A stretch of DNA of 64,000 bases from Octopus sinensis (Eukaryota): contig NW_021833435.1 in assembly GCF_006345805.1 (NCBI RefSeq), forward strand, positions 1 through 64,000, read 5' to 3'. Below, piece after piece: positions 1-39,900 of this stretch (the stretch's first letter is position 1; each line of letters begins with the position of its first letter). The notes below the pieces were generated by a model that saw nothing but the letters and a program-made list of their open reading frames with translations, was not told the origin of the DNA and ran no database searches. Both the position numbers and the translations under genes were made by a program.

Positions 1-1084
1 AGCTGGCATTCAATTGGCGTATCAAGTTTCGGGCATTTTGAATGGGTTTTGGATAGAAAATTCACAAAAAAGTCATTTCTATTGATTTTTTTAATGGCTT
101 TGTGGGGTGACTGAGGAAATGTAAAGATGTGCATGACCACCCTTGGACGGTTTTGAATGACCATAGAAAATGCGAGCCCTCTAACTGAAAAATTGTGGAT
201 TTGTATAAAGGACACACACAGACAGACATTTTTGCTGTTATATATATAGAGATTCAGTCAACACATAGACTAATTTGCACTAGTAGATCGCTCAATCAAG
301 GTAAATAACAAGGTGTCAGTGCTAAGTAGTGTGTAAGCATGAGCAGAATTAAGTAAGATGAAATATGGTCGGCACCTCAACTGTTAAATGGCAAATACAC
401 CTGCAGTTACTGTGGTAAATAAATCTCTCTTGTGGTGTAAAGGTGTGAAAACACCCTGTTTGTTCAGTGTTGCCATCTATGAGGAATCCCAGACATCGAT
501 GTTTCAAGTTTGACTTTTTTCAGGATGTGCCTAAGGGAGATTTATTTTCTCCACAGTAACTGCCTTTTAGCAGTTGAAATATGTGACAAACATATTTCAA
601 CTTCCCTAATTCTGCTCATAATTATACACTGCTTAATGCTGACACTTTGTTTTATTTATATATATATATATATTTAAGCAAAAAAGCTAGTTCTAAAATC
701 TAAGAGATTGTCATAGTAGTTGTACTAGAAAGTAATGCTCGTAGCCACTTTAACATGGACATCTCCTCTAGCTGGTTAACAATGCACAGCTGCATCTGAT
801 ACATTGCAAGCAGGGGAGCAAACTCCTACCACACGCACATGGTGGATAATATTGTTTTGCTAAATTACCTATCAAAGGATGGCAAATAATCTTATTGGTC
901 AAAGAAATTTGAAACCATGGTATAACCGGTAATAAAAATAACAAGGTAAAAGTTTTTATTTTTCATTTACTTCGAAAATTGCTATTAGATCGTGATTTTG
1001 GCCATGTTGGCTGCTATTTCTAGCATGTAAAAATTACCTGTTAAAGGGTAGTTTTCTTTTGTGTTTAAATGTACACTATTTTAA

Positions 1085-1119
<35 letters not shown>

Positions 1120-1123
<4 letters not shown>

Positions 1124-1312
1124 CTGTGTCGGTGGCACATAAAATCACCCACTACACTCTCGGAGTGGTTGGCGTTAGGAAGGGCATCCAGCTGTAGAAA
1201 CACTGCCAGATCTGACTGGACTGGTGCAGCTTTCGGGCTCCCCAGACCCCAGTTGAACCGTCCAACCCATGCTAGCATGGAAAGCGGACGTTAAATGATG
1301 ATGATGATGATG
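1120..1312 (+). mobile_element. RTE-type 3' tail repeat (representative copy)
   Basis: CCCACTACACTCTCGGAGTGGTTGGCGTTAGGAAGGGCATCCAGCTG...GGACGTTAAA-(GAT)n. Further copies at about 6070-6248, 12745-12965(-), 13205-13622, 15915-16400(-), 21965-22120(-), 36050-36342, 36560-36905(-), 37800-38192, 39415-39560(-), 44310-44520. Confidence 0.85.
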
Positions 1313-2104
1313 TACACATACCATCATTCTTGTTTAACGTCCACCTTCCATGCTGGCATAGGTGGGAGGTTTGACAGGAGCCGGCCAGGCAGAAGCCTGC
1401 ACCAGACTTCTGTGACTGTTTTGGCAGGATTTTTACAACTGGATGCCCTTCCTAACACCAACCACTCAGCTGAGTAGACTTAGTCCTTTTTTATGTGGCA
1501 CAAGCACAGGCAAGGTCAGTTTTGACAGGGTTTTTACAGCTGGATGTCCTTCCAAATGCTAATCACTTTACAGTGTGAGCTGGATGCTTTTTAAGTGGCA
1601 CCTGCACTAACAGAGTCACCAAGTACCTTGTAAGACAAGAAAAAAAAACTTTTGAGAGGGGAAAGGGAATTGGAGAAGGTGATCTTCTGTCAGATGATGA
1701 AAGGTTATAGTGAGACAGGTACAGAAAGAGGTGCCTTGCTGTAGAGGAAGTACAAGGTTACCCGGCTGGAGAGAGAGAGAGAGATCAGAAATGAAAACAG
1801 AAACAGGTGTGCTGCTGCAAAGGAGATACATGGTTACCCAACCCGAGGGAAGTGCAGGAGAAGGAGAGAGAATGTGGGAGAAAGCAGGATAGAGATGGTA
1901 GCAGAGTGCCGGGCATACTCACAAAGGCGGGGGATCCGAATATAAAGAGGATGGTTGAGTAAAGGAAAAGAGAGATATAGAGGGTGGCAAGTGTCAGGGC
2001 ATATTCTTGAGGTTCAGATGTCATAATATATATTCTGAGCCGGTAGAATTGTTAGCACGTCAGATAAAATGCTTAGCGACATTTTGTCTGAATTTACGTT
2101 ACAA

Positions 2105-2503
2105 GTGCAGGAGTGGCTGTGTAGTAAGTAGCATGCTTACCAACCACATGGTTTTGGGTTCAGTCCCACTGCGTGGCACTTTGGGCGAGTGTCTTCTACT
2201 ATAGCTTTGGGCTGACCAAAGCCTTGTGAGTGGATTTGGTAGACGGAAACTGAAAGAAGCCCGTCGTATATATATATATGTATATATGTATGTATGTGTG
2301 TGTATGTGTCTGTTCCCCAACATCGCTAGACAACCGATGCTGGTGTGTTTACGTCCCCGTAACTTAGCAGTTCGGCAAGACAGACCGATAGAATAAGTAC
2401 TAGGTTTACAAAGAATAAGTCCTGGTGTCGATTTCTTTGAGTAAAGGCGGTGCTCCAGCATGGCTGCAGTCAAATGACTGAAACAAATAAAAGAGTAAAA
2501 GAA
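2105..2503 (+). mobile_element. tRNA-derived SINE, family 1 (representative copy)
   Basis: Head AGGAGTGGCTGTG..GGTTCAGTCCCACTGCGTGGCAC, body GGATTTGGTAGACGGAAACTGAAAGAAGCCCGTCG-(TA/TG)n, tail AAGTAAAAGAGTA. Further copies at about 5318-5640(-), 9268-9650(+), 11438-11840(-), 11975-12330(-), 15485-15838(+), 17718-17990(-), 28283-28727(+), 40066-40490(-), 61315-61672(+). Confidence 0.85.
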
Positions 2504-3110
2504 TATATATATATATATATATATATAAATATATATATTTGGTAGGAATAGATATATTAATATTTGATCCAGCTAAAACAATGCAAAGTGCACTGTGACC
2601 AGCAGTGTATAACAACATCCAGTAGTCTGGTTGATCACACAATCTCACAAGTATAGCTGAAAGACTTCAACTAAAGTAAACCCAAAATAGACTCAGTGGG
2701 ATGTGATTGCAATGTAGAACATTGTGAGGGACAGAACAGGTAAAGCAGCTAACGATGATTTGTTCATGAAGAGCCTAATTATGAACTGGTTCAGCTACTC
2801 TTAACAATTGGATGGGTTTCCTCCAGAAACTGTTCAGCCCCAGTTCAAGTAGACATATGATCAAATACATTCTGGCAATTACGATCCTGTCTTTTTTTCT
2901 TTCTTCTATCAGACACAGTTTACCTAGGATTACATCACTCAACATGTCCTTCCTTCCGTTTCTTTTCTAAGACAGTAGGGTCTTTCCCCTCAATCCTCCA
3001 CTAACTCATTCACACACAAATGCATAAAAATGTTTAACAATAAAGCATTCAACACCGATAACAGAGAACAAAAAAAAAAAGAAAGAAAGAAAGAAAGAAG
3101 GAATAGATAC

Positions 3111-31579
<28,469 letters not shown>

Positions 31580-32359
31580 CTCAAATATTAATGAATATTA
31601 ATTAAAAAAAAAAGCAGAAAGTGAAATTTAAACTTCCCGGCTGAACACGTGACTGTAAGTTAAAGGAGAATGTATATTCTTCGACACCTTTGCGTATGTA
31701 CATTCCGTATTAGCCACGGAATTGCTGAATTTAGGAGTGCACAAGCTTGGGATTTTATTGTCGGATATTTCAAAAACTTTACTTTAGTTTTAGAAGACTG
31801 GTGGGGGGTTTTGTTTTGGTATAAGATTAAATTTTATTTGTAAATATAAAATTTTATACTCATGTATATATATACGTTGTGTGCGTATTAGCCGTATTTG
31901 TTTTGGTAAAAACTAGCGCGTCAAATAAGCCAACGAAGCATCTCTATGACGAGTCTACGTCTCAGACTAATGATTAACCTGAGGCCCACGGGGGCTTTTT
32001 AAGTGGCATGTCTAAGGAAGATTTATCTTCAATTTAGTGACAGTGCTGCCCGCTTCTCGAAAAAGTTATGTATGCCTGGTCTACGATGTAGACTCTGCGT
32101 AGTCGTTTAACTTGCTAGAAATAGCAGCCAAATCGTTCCCAAATTACATTGTATCGTCGTCTCACTAAAGGTCGCATTAAAGAATATGTTCTTTGGCGTA
32201 TTGACATAGGAAAAAAGACTTTTATTTCAGATCTCCTCGATCGGTACTAATTAGGAGTAAGAGCTTAGTTCAAGTTAATATGGAAAAGAAAATAATCATC
32301 TGAGTTAATTTATTTTTTTACATTACAATTGCATACTGAATTAGTAATTTATCGTGTGT

Positions 32360-32690
32360 AGGTGGTACTGGACGTGACAGGCACGGAGGGCATACTTTCA
32401 GACTAGTTGCCGTCTATGCCCCGACAAGAGCAGGACGACCAGATTTCTTTCGGCGTCCGGAAACCTTTCTTGGAACATTTGGCTTTTTAGTGCTAGCAGG
32501 AGGTTGGAACGGGATCTGTGACTGTGTAGGCTTATCAGACAGAAGAGGAGGGTGAAAAAGCTTTGCAAACCTGCTCAAACGATTTCAACAGTTTCACAGG
32601 TATCGACTGGATTTCTCTGATATACCAGCGTGGACCTGGTCAAACCACATCGGGTCATCCAGATCATATATCTAGATATGATCTGCAGAG
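32360..32690 (+). mobile_element. L1/Tx1-type LINE apurinic endonuclease fragment (degenerate)
   Basis: 32391-32675 translates HTFRLVAVYAPTRAGRPDFFRRPETFL...LVLAGGWNGICD...*...WTWSNHIGSSRSYI. This matches the APE motifs vYAP, GDFN-like and W/FTW..SRxD; one stop and an upstream frameshift. Confidence 0.75.
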
Positions 32691-33265
32691 CGGCACATAA
32701 GTTGTCCTCAATTTAAAGTAATATTTGTATTTTTTTCCATGCAAACTTGAACTAAGCCCTTACGGTAAACCGCTCTTACTCCTAATTAGTACCGATTGAA
32801 TAGATCAGAAATAAAAGCTATTCGAGCTGTTACCGTCTCGTCTTTTTCCCTATGCCAATGCGCTGAAGAACATATTCTTTAACGGGACCTTTCGTGAGAC
32901 AGTATAATGTAATTTGGGAACGATTTGGCTACTATTTCTAGCAAGTTGAACGACTACATAAAGCCCACGCCGTAGACCAGGCATACACAACCTTTTCGAG
33001 AAGCAGGCCGTACTATTCACAAAATTGAAGGTGAATTTTCGTTAGACATGCCATTTAAAAAGTCCCGTGGGCTTCAGGTTACCCATGAGTCTTAGACATA
33101 GACAGAACATTGTAGAGAGATGCTTCGTTGGCTCGTTTGACTCGCTAGTTTTTACAAAAACAAACTCATACAATTACAGAAGCACACGCGCGCACATAAG
33201 CACGAATATAGAATGTTATATTTACAAATAAAATTTATCTTATTCCCAAATAAAACTCGGTACAA

Positions 33266-33566
33266 CTAGCGAACAGTGGGCCCGGTGCGCGCAGTCGCGC
33301 ATCCGCGCTAGCTAGTCGTAAGTAGTCGATCCTAAAACGACTACCTAGCAAAGTAAATAAAACGCAAAATAGATAATTTTTTTTACACAAAGTAAATAAT
33401 ATTTTAAAAACAAAGTAAATAAAATACAAAGTAAATAATTTTTTTAAACAAAGTAAGTAAAAACACAAAAAACACAAAGTAAGGATCGACTAGTCATGAT
33501 TAGCTGGCACGGATGGATGCGCGAGTACGCGAGAGCGCGCACCGGGACGGGACCACTGTTCGCTAG
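33266..33566. mobile_element. 301-bp TIR element (MITE/foldback-like) in the copy B upstream region
   Basis: Perfect terminal IR CTAGCGAACAGTGG...CCACTGTTCGCTAG plus inner IR (cccggtgcgcgc, gtcgatcct). AT-rich core of CAAAGTAAATAA repeats; flanks TACAA/TACCA; absent from the mirrored copy A region near 31810. Confidence 0.65.
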
Positions 33567-33802
33567 TACCACCACAAAACTCACCATAGTTCTCTGAAAA
33601 TAAAACAAAGTTTTTGAAATATCTGACAATAAAATCCCAACTCCTAGCAACTGTAATTTCGAGGATAATAGGAAATGTGAATACGTAAAAGTGGCGAAGA
33701 ATATACATTCTCCTTTAACCTACTACACAGTCACGTGTTCAACCGGGAGATTTAAATTTTCGCTTCTCCCGTTTTCTTTAATAATATTTACAAATATTCG
33801 CG

Positions 33803-33905
33803 ATGGCTGTTAACATGCCATCGTCACCTTCTTCATCGACGAAGAAGACGTCACTGGAAAAACTGTTGGACTCATTGGAAAGCAATGTCGATGTCATATG
33901 TGATG
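33803..33905 (+). CDS. CENPI: CENP-I copy B exon 1 (MAVNMPSSPSSSTKKTSLEKLLDSLESNVDVICD)
   Basis: ATG at 33803, GATG|gtacgt; 103 nt. Confidence 0.8.
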
Positions 33906-36900
33906 GTACGTTTCATTGTTTTCTACTATTTTTGTTGTTGGTTTTTTTTCTCTCTGGAATTCTTTTATTCTCCCGCTTCAACTTCCTCAAACGTCAACGA
34001 TCGACATTTGTTCTTTCTTCTCCGTTTATTGTTTTGCGGGCGATCTTTCGTCTCTAGTAGACCTTTCCGTAAAAATTTTGTGTAGATCAGTGCTTTTCAA
34101 ACTTTTTGCTGGAGCGGAACCCCAAGGAAACATTCCACTGGCTCGAGGAACCCCTGTTCAATAATTTAATAGTCTTATGCACACATATCTGCACAGGAGA
34201 CTTTAAAAATTACTGCCGATTTTAGCAGTTTTGTAACTTCTTGCGGAACCCTGGTTGAAAAACCACTGGTGTAGATAGACAGTTCTTAATTTTTCTCTTG
34301 TTTATAAACCTCTATTGAGAAACATTTCTCGTGGGCTCAGCAAACAAAATGGAAAAGGTGTTGCCCTGTTTGTTTGTGTTTTATTAAGAATTCTTTTCCG
34401 CATTATTTTAAACTATTTCATATGAAAAGGAAGTGACAGTTTCCAAACTAAAATCCTATTGTTGTGATATCGTATTCCCAGCTGGTTGTATTTTGATAAT
34501 CATGGCGATAATCGGACGCCCACATAAGTCGGATTTTCTTCATTTTAAACGGAATTTTTTCCATTTTTTTTTTCACCACGGCCTTCAAAATGATTGTGGG
34601 CATGTTTTTATAAAAACATTTTTGAAAATTTGTTTCTTTTTTTTTTTCGCCTCACCCCAATATCATTTCCTCCGGACTTGCTTTGGCCTGTTTTTCTTTT
34701 TTTTTTGGCACTACGCTGATGAAAACCACAGGCAAAGTGTTTTTGATAAAAGAAAAAAAAAATGTAATATTTTCAGATAAAAAGGTGTATAATTTAAGGG
34801 AGATTTTAAAAAATTGCTTTCCATAAAACAAAATCCCTCCCATTTCGAAGACCGTGGTGAAAAAAAAATTGGAAAATTCCCCATCAAAACGGAGCAATTC
34901 CAACTTATGTGGAGATCCATATAAATCTCCGTCATCCGAATGACTTAAATATAATTTCAGTGTTTCGTGATTTGTCAGTTCGTTTTTTCTTAAGAACAAG
35001 TTCTCAGATAGATATTGATACACAACACCTAGTATTACTTTATTCGTCATTCCTTCGATGTAACTCGACAAAATCAAAACATTTCACTTCGGGTATCTCC
35101 GTGGAAGCAGATGACAGTTTGATTCTGTTTTCTGCTTGGAAATTCGCGGATTTTACATTCACACATGAAACAGGTAAGAACAAATATGCAAGGCTTTTTT
35201 TCTACAAGTTTAAAATGGGACATTGCTGGCATATTTTCGTTATATCTATACTCCACAACCCACGGAAATACCCGAAGTGAAATGTTTTGATTTTGTCGAG
35301 TTATATCGAAGGAATGTGATTTATTCCTTTTAAATCTAGTCCAAATTCCTGATATAGTGGGCTTCTTTGACTAGTCTTCCTTGCCACTTGACAGAAACAT
35401 AGTTTTCTGCTTAACTGTGTCGTTTTGACTTATTACGTTTTATTGTCATAACACTGATGTGAGGTGGGTGAGACATGAATCAATTAGGTGATGATCTAGC
35501 TTCATTCAGGTCAGGATGTAGGAGAGACAACAAGAAATCATGCTTGCAAGAGTTGTTTTCATTGCAGAGATTCACATTCAACACCTTGCTGTGATTTATT
35601 GCCACCAATTTCTGTCACAAAAGCAAAGTATCACTCATGTATTACCTAAGATCTGCAATGGAAAATAACGATCATTTGTACTATAAACACAAAGCCAGAA
35701 ATCCCACTACCCGGCTGGTATATATTTCATCAAACCCAAAAGGAAGAGAGGCAAAGTTGACTTTGGTCGGCTTTGAACTCAGTGTAAGGTTGGACAAAAT
35801 GCCATTAAGCATTTTTTTTTTCTCCAGCATGCTAATGATTCTGCCACCTTGATTGAGGGATTTGGATTGTTGATGGAAGGATCATGTTACAACATTTACA
35901 TGCTCTGCAACTTCAGCTTTTTATCTTTTAGCAGAGTTTCTTTTAGATGAAGTAATAGAAACAGCTGAGCAAGAAGGAGAAAGTGCAATCTATATTTATT
36001 GTAATAGATACGTAGCCAGACATAAGCATGAAGGTAGGGGAACCATCTGAACGTAGCCGTAGCTAGCGCTGCCCTGACTGGCCTCCTGTGCCGGTGGCAC
36101 GTAAAAGACACCATCCGATTGTGGCCGTTGCCAGCCTCGCCTGGCACCTGTGTCGGTGGCATGTTAAAAGCACCCACTACACTCACGGAGTGGTTGGCGT
36201 TAGGAAGGGCATCCAGCTGTAGAAACACCGCCAGATCAGACAGGGCCTGGTGCAGCCTTCTGGCTTCCCAGACCCCAGTTGAACCGTCCAACCCATGCTA
36301 GCATGAAAAGCGGACGTTAAACGATGATGATGATGATGATGAAGAATGTTGCAAGAGGTTGTTGTACACTTTGTTGAAATCTAATTAGGTAAGACAAGCC
36401 AAAAGTGACCTAGTGGAGGAAGTTCCTCAGTGCAGTTGAAGATTAAAGAATGATATTTGGAGTCTCTCTTTCATATTTGGCAGAAGTCTCTAACAGATAT
36501 GTAAAAGTATGCTTAGCACATGCAAAACAGTATCATGCACTTTTGGGAAAAGATCATTATCATCATTGTTTAACGTCCGCTTTCCATGCTAGCATGGGTT
36601 GGACGATTTTGACTAAGGGCTGGCGAACCAGTTGGTTGCACCAGGCTTCAATCTTGATCTGGCAGAGTTTCTACAGCTGGATGCCCTTCCTAACGCCAAC
36701 CACTCCGAGAGTGTAGTGGGTGCTTTTATGTGCCACCAGCATGGGGCCAGTCAAGCTGTACTGGCAACAACCTCGCTCGAATCTTTTACACATGCCACCG
36801 GCACAGGTGCCAGTAAGGCGATGCTGGTAACGATCACGCTCGAATGGTGCCTTTTACATGCCACCGGCACGGACGCCAGATAACTGCTCTGGCAATGATC

Positions 36901-39900
36901 ACGCTCGGATGGAGTGGTAAGGTCAGTAATTGTACTGGAACTCCATTACAGTCATACAAAAGTGGATACCTGGTTACTCTTGTGTGCTTAATGTGCTCTG
37001 AAGCATCTTCATCAGTCAACGCCATTGGCATACACATCAGTTGTGCAAGATAGAGGTACTGACATGCTCCAAAGTGGGATGCATCTCTTCTCTTCCACAC
37101 AAGTTGTGTTGACCGAGTCTGAATTCTTGACTTGAATTCCTTTTGTTGTCAGCAAGGCTTTTATGTTATATCAGCTCTGGATGGATTCCATCCATTCAGC
37201 AGCTGTGGATTCTTTTTGAAAAGGAATCCTCAAATCTTTCCTCAGGTGTTTGGTACATCCTTCATTGAAACAAACAAGCTGGTCTCTTGATCAGGACAGA
37301 TTTTATATTGAATGTATGGTGACGGAAAACATCAGATGTGAGTATCACCTGGTATTACATGTTCCGATTAGTTTGACTTGCAGAAGAATCACTTTCTCTA
37401 AACAAAGATTCTCTTCAGAAGCACATGGTGCATTCGCATTATCAGACATGTGTATTTCATCACTACTGGGAGAAAATGTAAATCCCTTTCTTAAATGGGT
37501 TTGAGTTGTAAGATTTTGATCATCTTAAGGATTTATAGTCTCCCGCCTTTTCTAGGTGACATTTTAGGACACACTAGCTTCAACAGAGATAATTACCATT
37601 CCAGTAACATGCTGTGGCAGTTAATGGGTTAAATCACAATATCACAGTTCAACCACTAGTGCTTGACATTTCTCATCTGCAGCCAATATATCTGTGTTTT
37701 TATATACAAGACACCTACATGGGATATTTCTCGGAGTGAATACAGCAGTATTACAGCATTCCTATTATACATTCACATAAAATAAGATAGGACGGTTGCT
37801 CTTTGGTAATAGTACTGCCTCAACTGATTGTGACCGATGCCAGTACCCACTGACTGGCTCCTGTAATGGTGGCTTGTAAAAAGCACCATCCGAATGTGTT
37901 CGTTACCAGGCCTGCTTTATTGGCTCCAGTGCTGGTGGTACGTAAAAAGCACCAACCAATCGTGACCGATGCCCAGTATCCCCTGACTGGTGGCCAGTAA
38001 GACTCGTCTTACTGGCCCCTGAGCTGGTGGCACGTAAAAAGCACCCACTACACTCTTGGTGTGGTTGGCATTAGGAAGGGCATCCAGCTGTAGAAATTCT
38101 GCCAGATTGGAGCCTGGTGCAGCTGCTGGCTCTCCAGACATCAGTCAAACCGTCTAACCCATGCCAGCATGGAAAACGAACGTTATTCGATGATGTGTGT
38201 TTTTGTGTATTCCTTAGTCTTCTCCTCATATGATGGTTTTAAATGGACGTCATCATCATATAAGTGATGTTGTTTGTTTTGAGTCTTCCATGATATATAT
38301 GACTGGCCATGGAGAAATACTACTTTGCTTCGGAACAGATGAAGGTTGATGACAGGAAGAGCATCAAGCTGTAGAAAATTTGCTTCAAAAAATTTTGTCT
38401 GAACCAAGCACACGTGGTAAAATGGACATTAAATGATGATGATACATAAAAAACTAAAAAAATTGTATGGATTTGCATGAGAAGTCTGTATAACTGAACC
38501 TCAGATTAATTAGCATAAATTATTTAGTTGGTATGGAAAAGTGAACCTTATGTTAAAGCATTGTTGATATAGTATTGGTTAGTATGTGTCTTTATTCTTC
38601 TTCTACTTGTTTCAGTCATTAGATAATGGCCATGCTGTGGCAGCAGCTCGAAGGATTTTAGTTGAATGAATTAATTGACCCCAGAATTTATTTATTTTTT
38701 TTCCATTAAAATCTGGTACTTATTGTTTGGGTTCCTTTTTCCAAACTGATAAGTTATGGGAACTTAAATAGACCAACGCTGATGAGTCACACACACACAC
38801 ACATGTGCTTTCAGTTACTGTCTACCAAATCAACTAACGAATCACTGGTCAGTCTGGGGCTATAGTAGAAGACACTTGCCCAAGGTGCCATGCAGTGGAC
38901 CTTAACCCAGAAACATATGGTAAGAAGTTTGCACAAAGAAATTACAGTGCACCCATTGTTTTGGGGGTACTTTGAAATTATTGATCAGGATTTTTTTTTT
39001 ACCAAATCGGTCTGTGGTAATTTTAGATTGTCCCAGAACTTGTTGCATGAAAATCTGAAATGAAACATATAAATAGCTCATGCCCCATGGACTATTATAG
39101 AAAAACATTATTTGTTTTATTTGAAAAGTAAAATAGGCAGAGGCATGGCTCTGTGGTTTAGAAGTTGGCTTTGCAATCACATGGTTTTGGGTTCAGTTCC
39201 AATGCATGACACCTTGGTTAAGTGTTTTCTACTATAACCGAGGCCAACTGATGCGTTGTGAGTGAATTTGGTAGACAGTAACTGTGTGGTGGCCTGTTGA
39301 GTGATTGTGTGTAGGGTTGTGGGCTGTTGTCCTCCCACTGCCACTACTTGACCTGTGTTGGCCTGTTTGTGTCCATTAACTTATTGGTTCAACAAAAGAG
39401 GCCAATAGAGCAAGTACATCATCATCATCATCATCGTTTAACGTCTGCTTTCCATGCTAGCATGGGTTGGACGATTTTGACTGAGGGCTGGCGAACCAGA
39501 TGGCTGCACCAGGCTCCAATCTTGATTTGTCAGAGTTTCTACAGCTGGATGCCTTTCCTAATGCTACGCCCTTCCTAACGCAGATGCCTTTCCTAACACG
39601 ATGCCCTATATGTCCTGGGGTCGATTTGTTTGATTAACCCTTTAGTGTTCGCATTATTCTGCCAAAATTAATGCTTTTTCATCCACTTTGGTTTGAACTA
39701 ATCAAACATTATCTTGTAACTATGAGAATTTGATGAGGTAGCTGTTAATTTTTAAAATGATATTGTAGGGTTGGTGTGAGAGACCAGATCTGGCCAATTT
39801 GAACATAAAACAGGCAGAATACTTTTGGCCGGATATGGCCGGTTTAAATGCTAAAGGGTTAAACCCTTTAAAGGTATTACTTCAGCTTGGCCATTACCCA

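Larger units (their letters stand above)
31580..33802. promoter_or_regulatory. Shared divergent (bidirectional) upstream region of the two CENP-I copies
   Basis: 2223 bp between opposed ATGs, locally CpG-richer than the introns. A mirrored motif block CACGTG..CCGGGA..TTTAAA lies about 50-75 bp upstream of each ATG (31627-31653 and 33730-33756). Confidence 0.6.

Noticed and set aside
1-3110. Search for CENP-I copy A exon 14
   Set aside because: No candidate with a phase-2 acceptor, an open frame and CENP-I similarity was found by eye. It probably lies left of the window.
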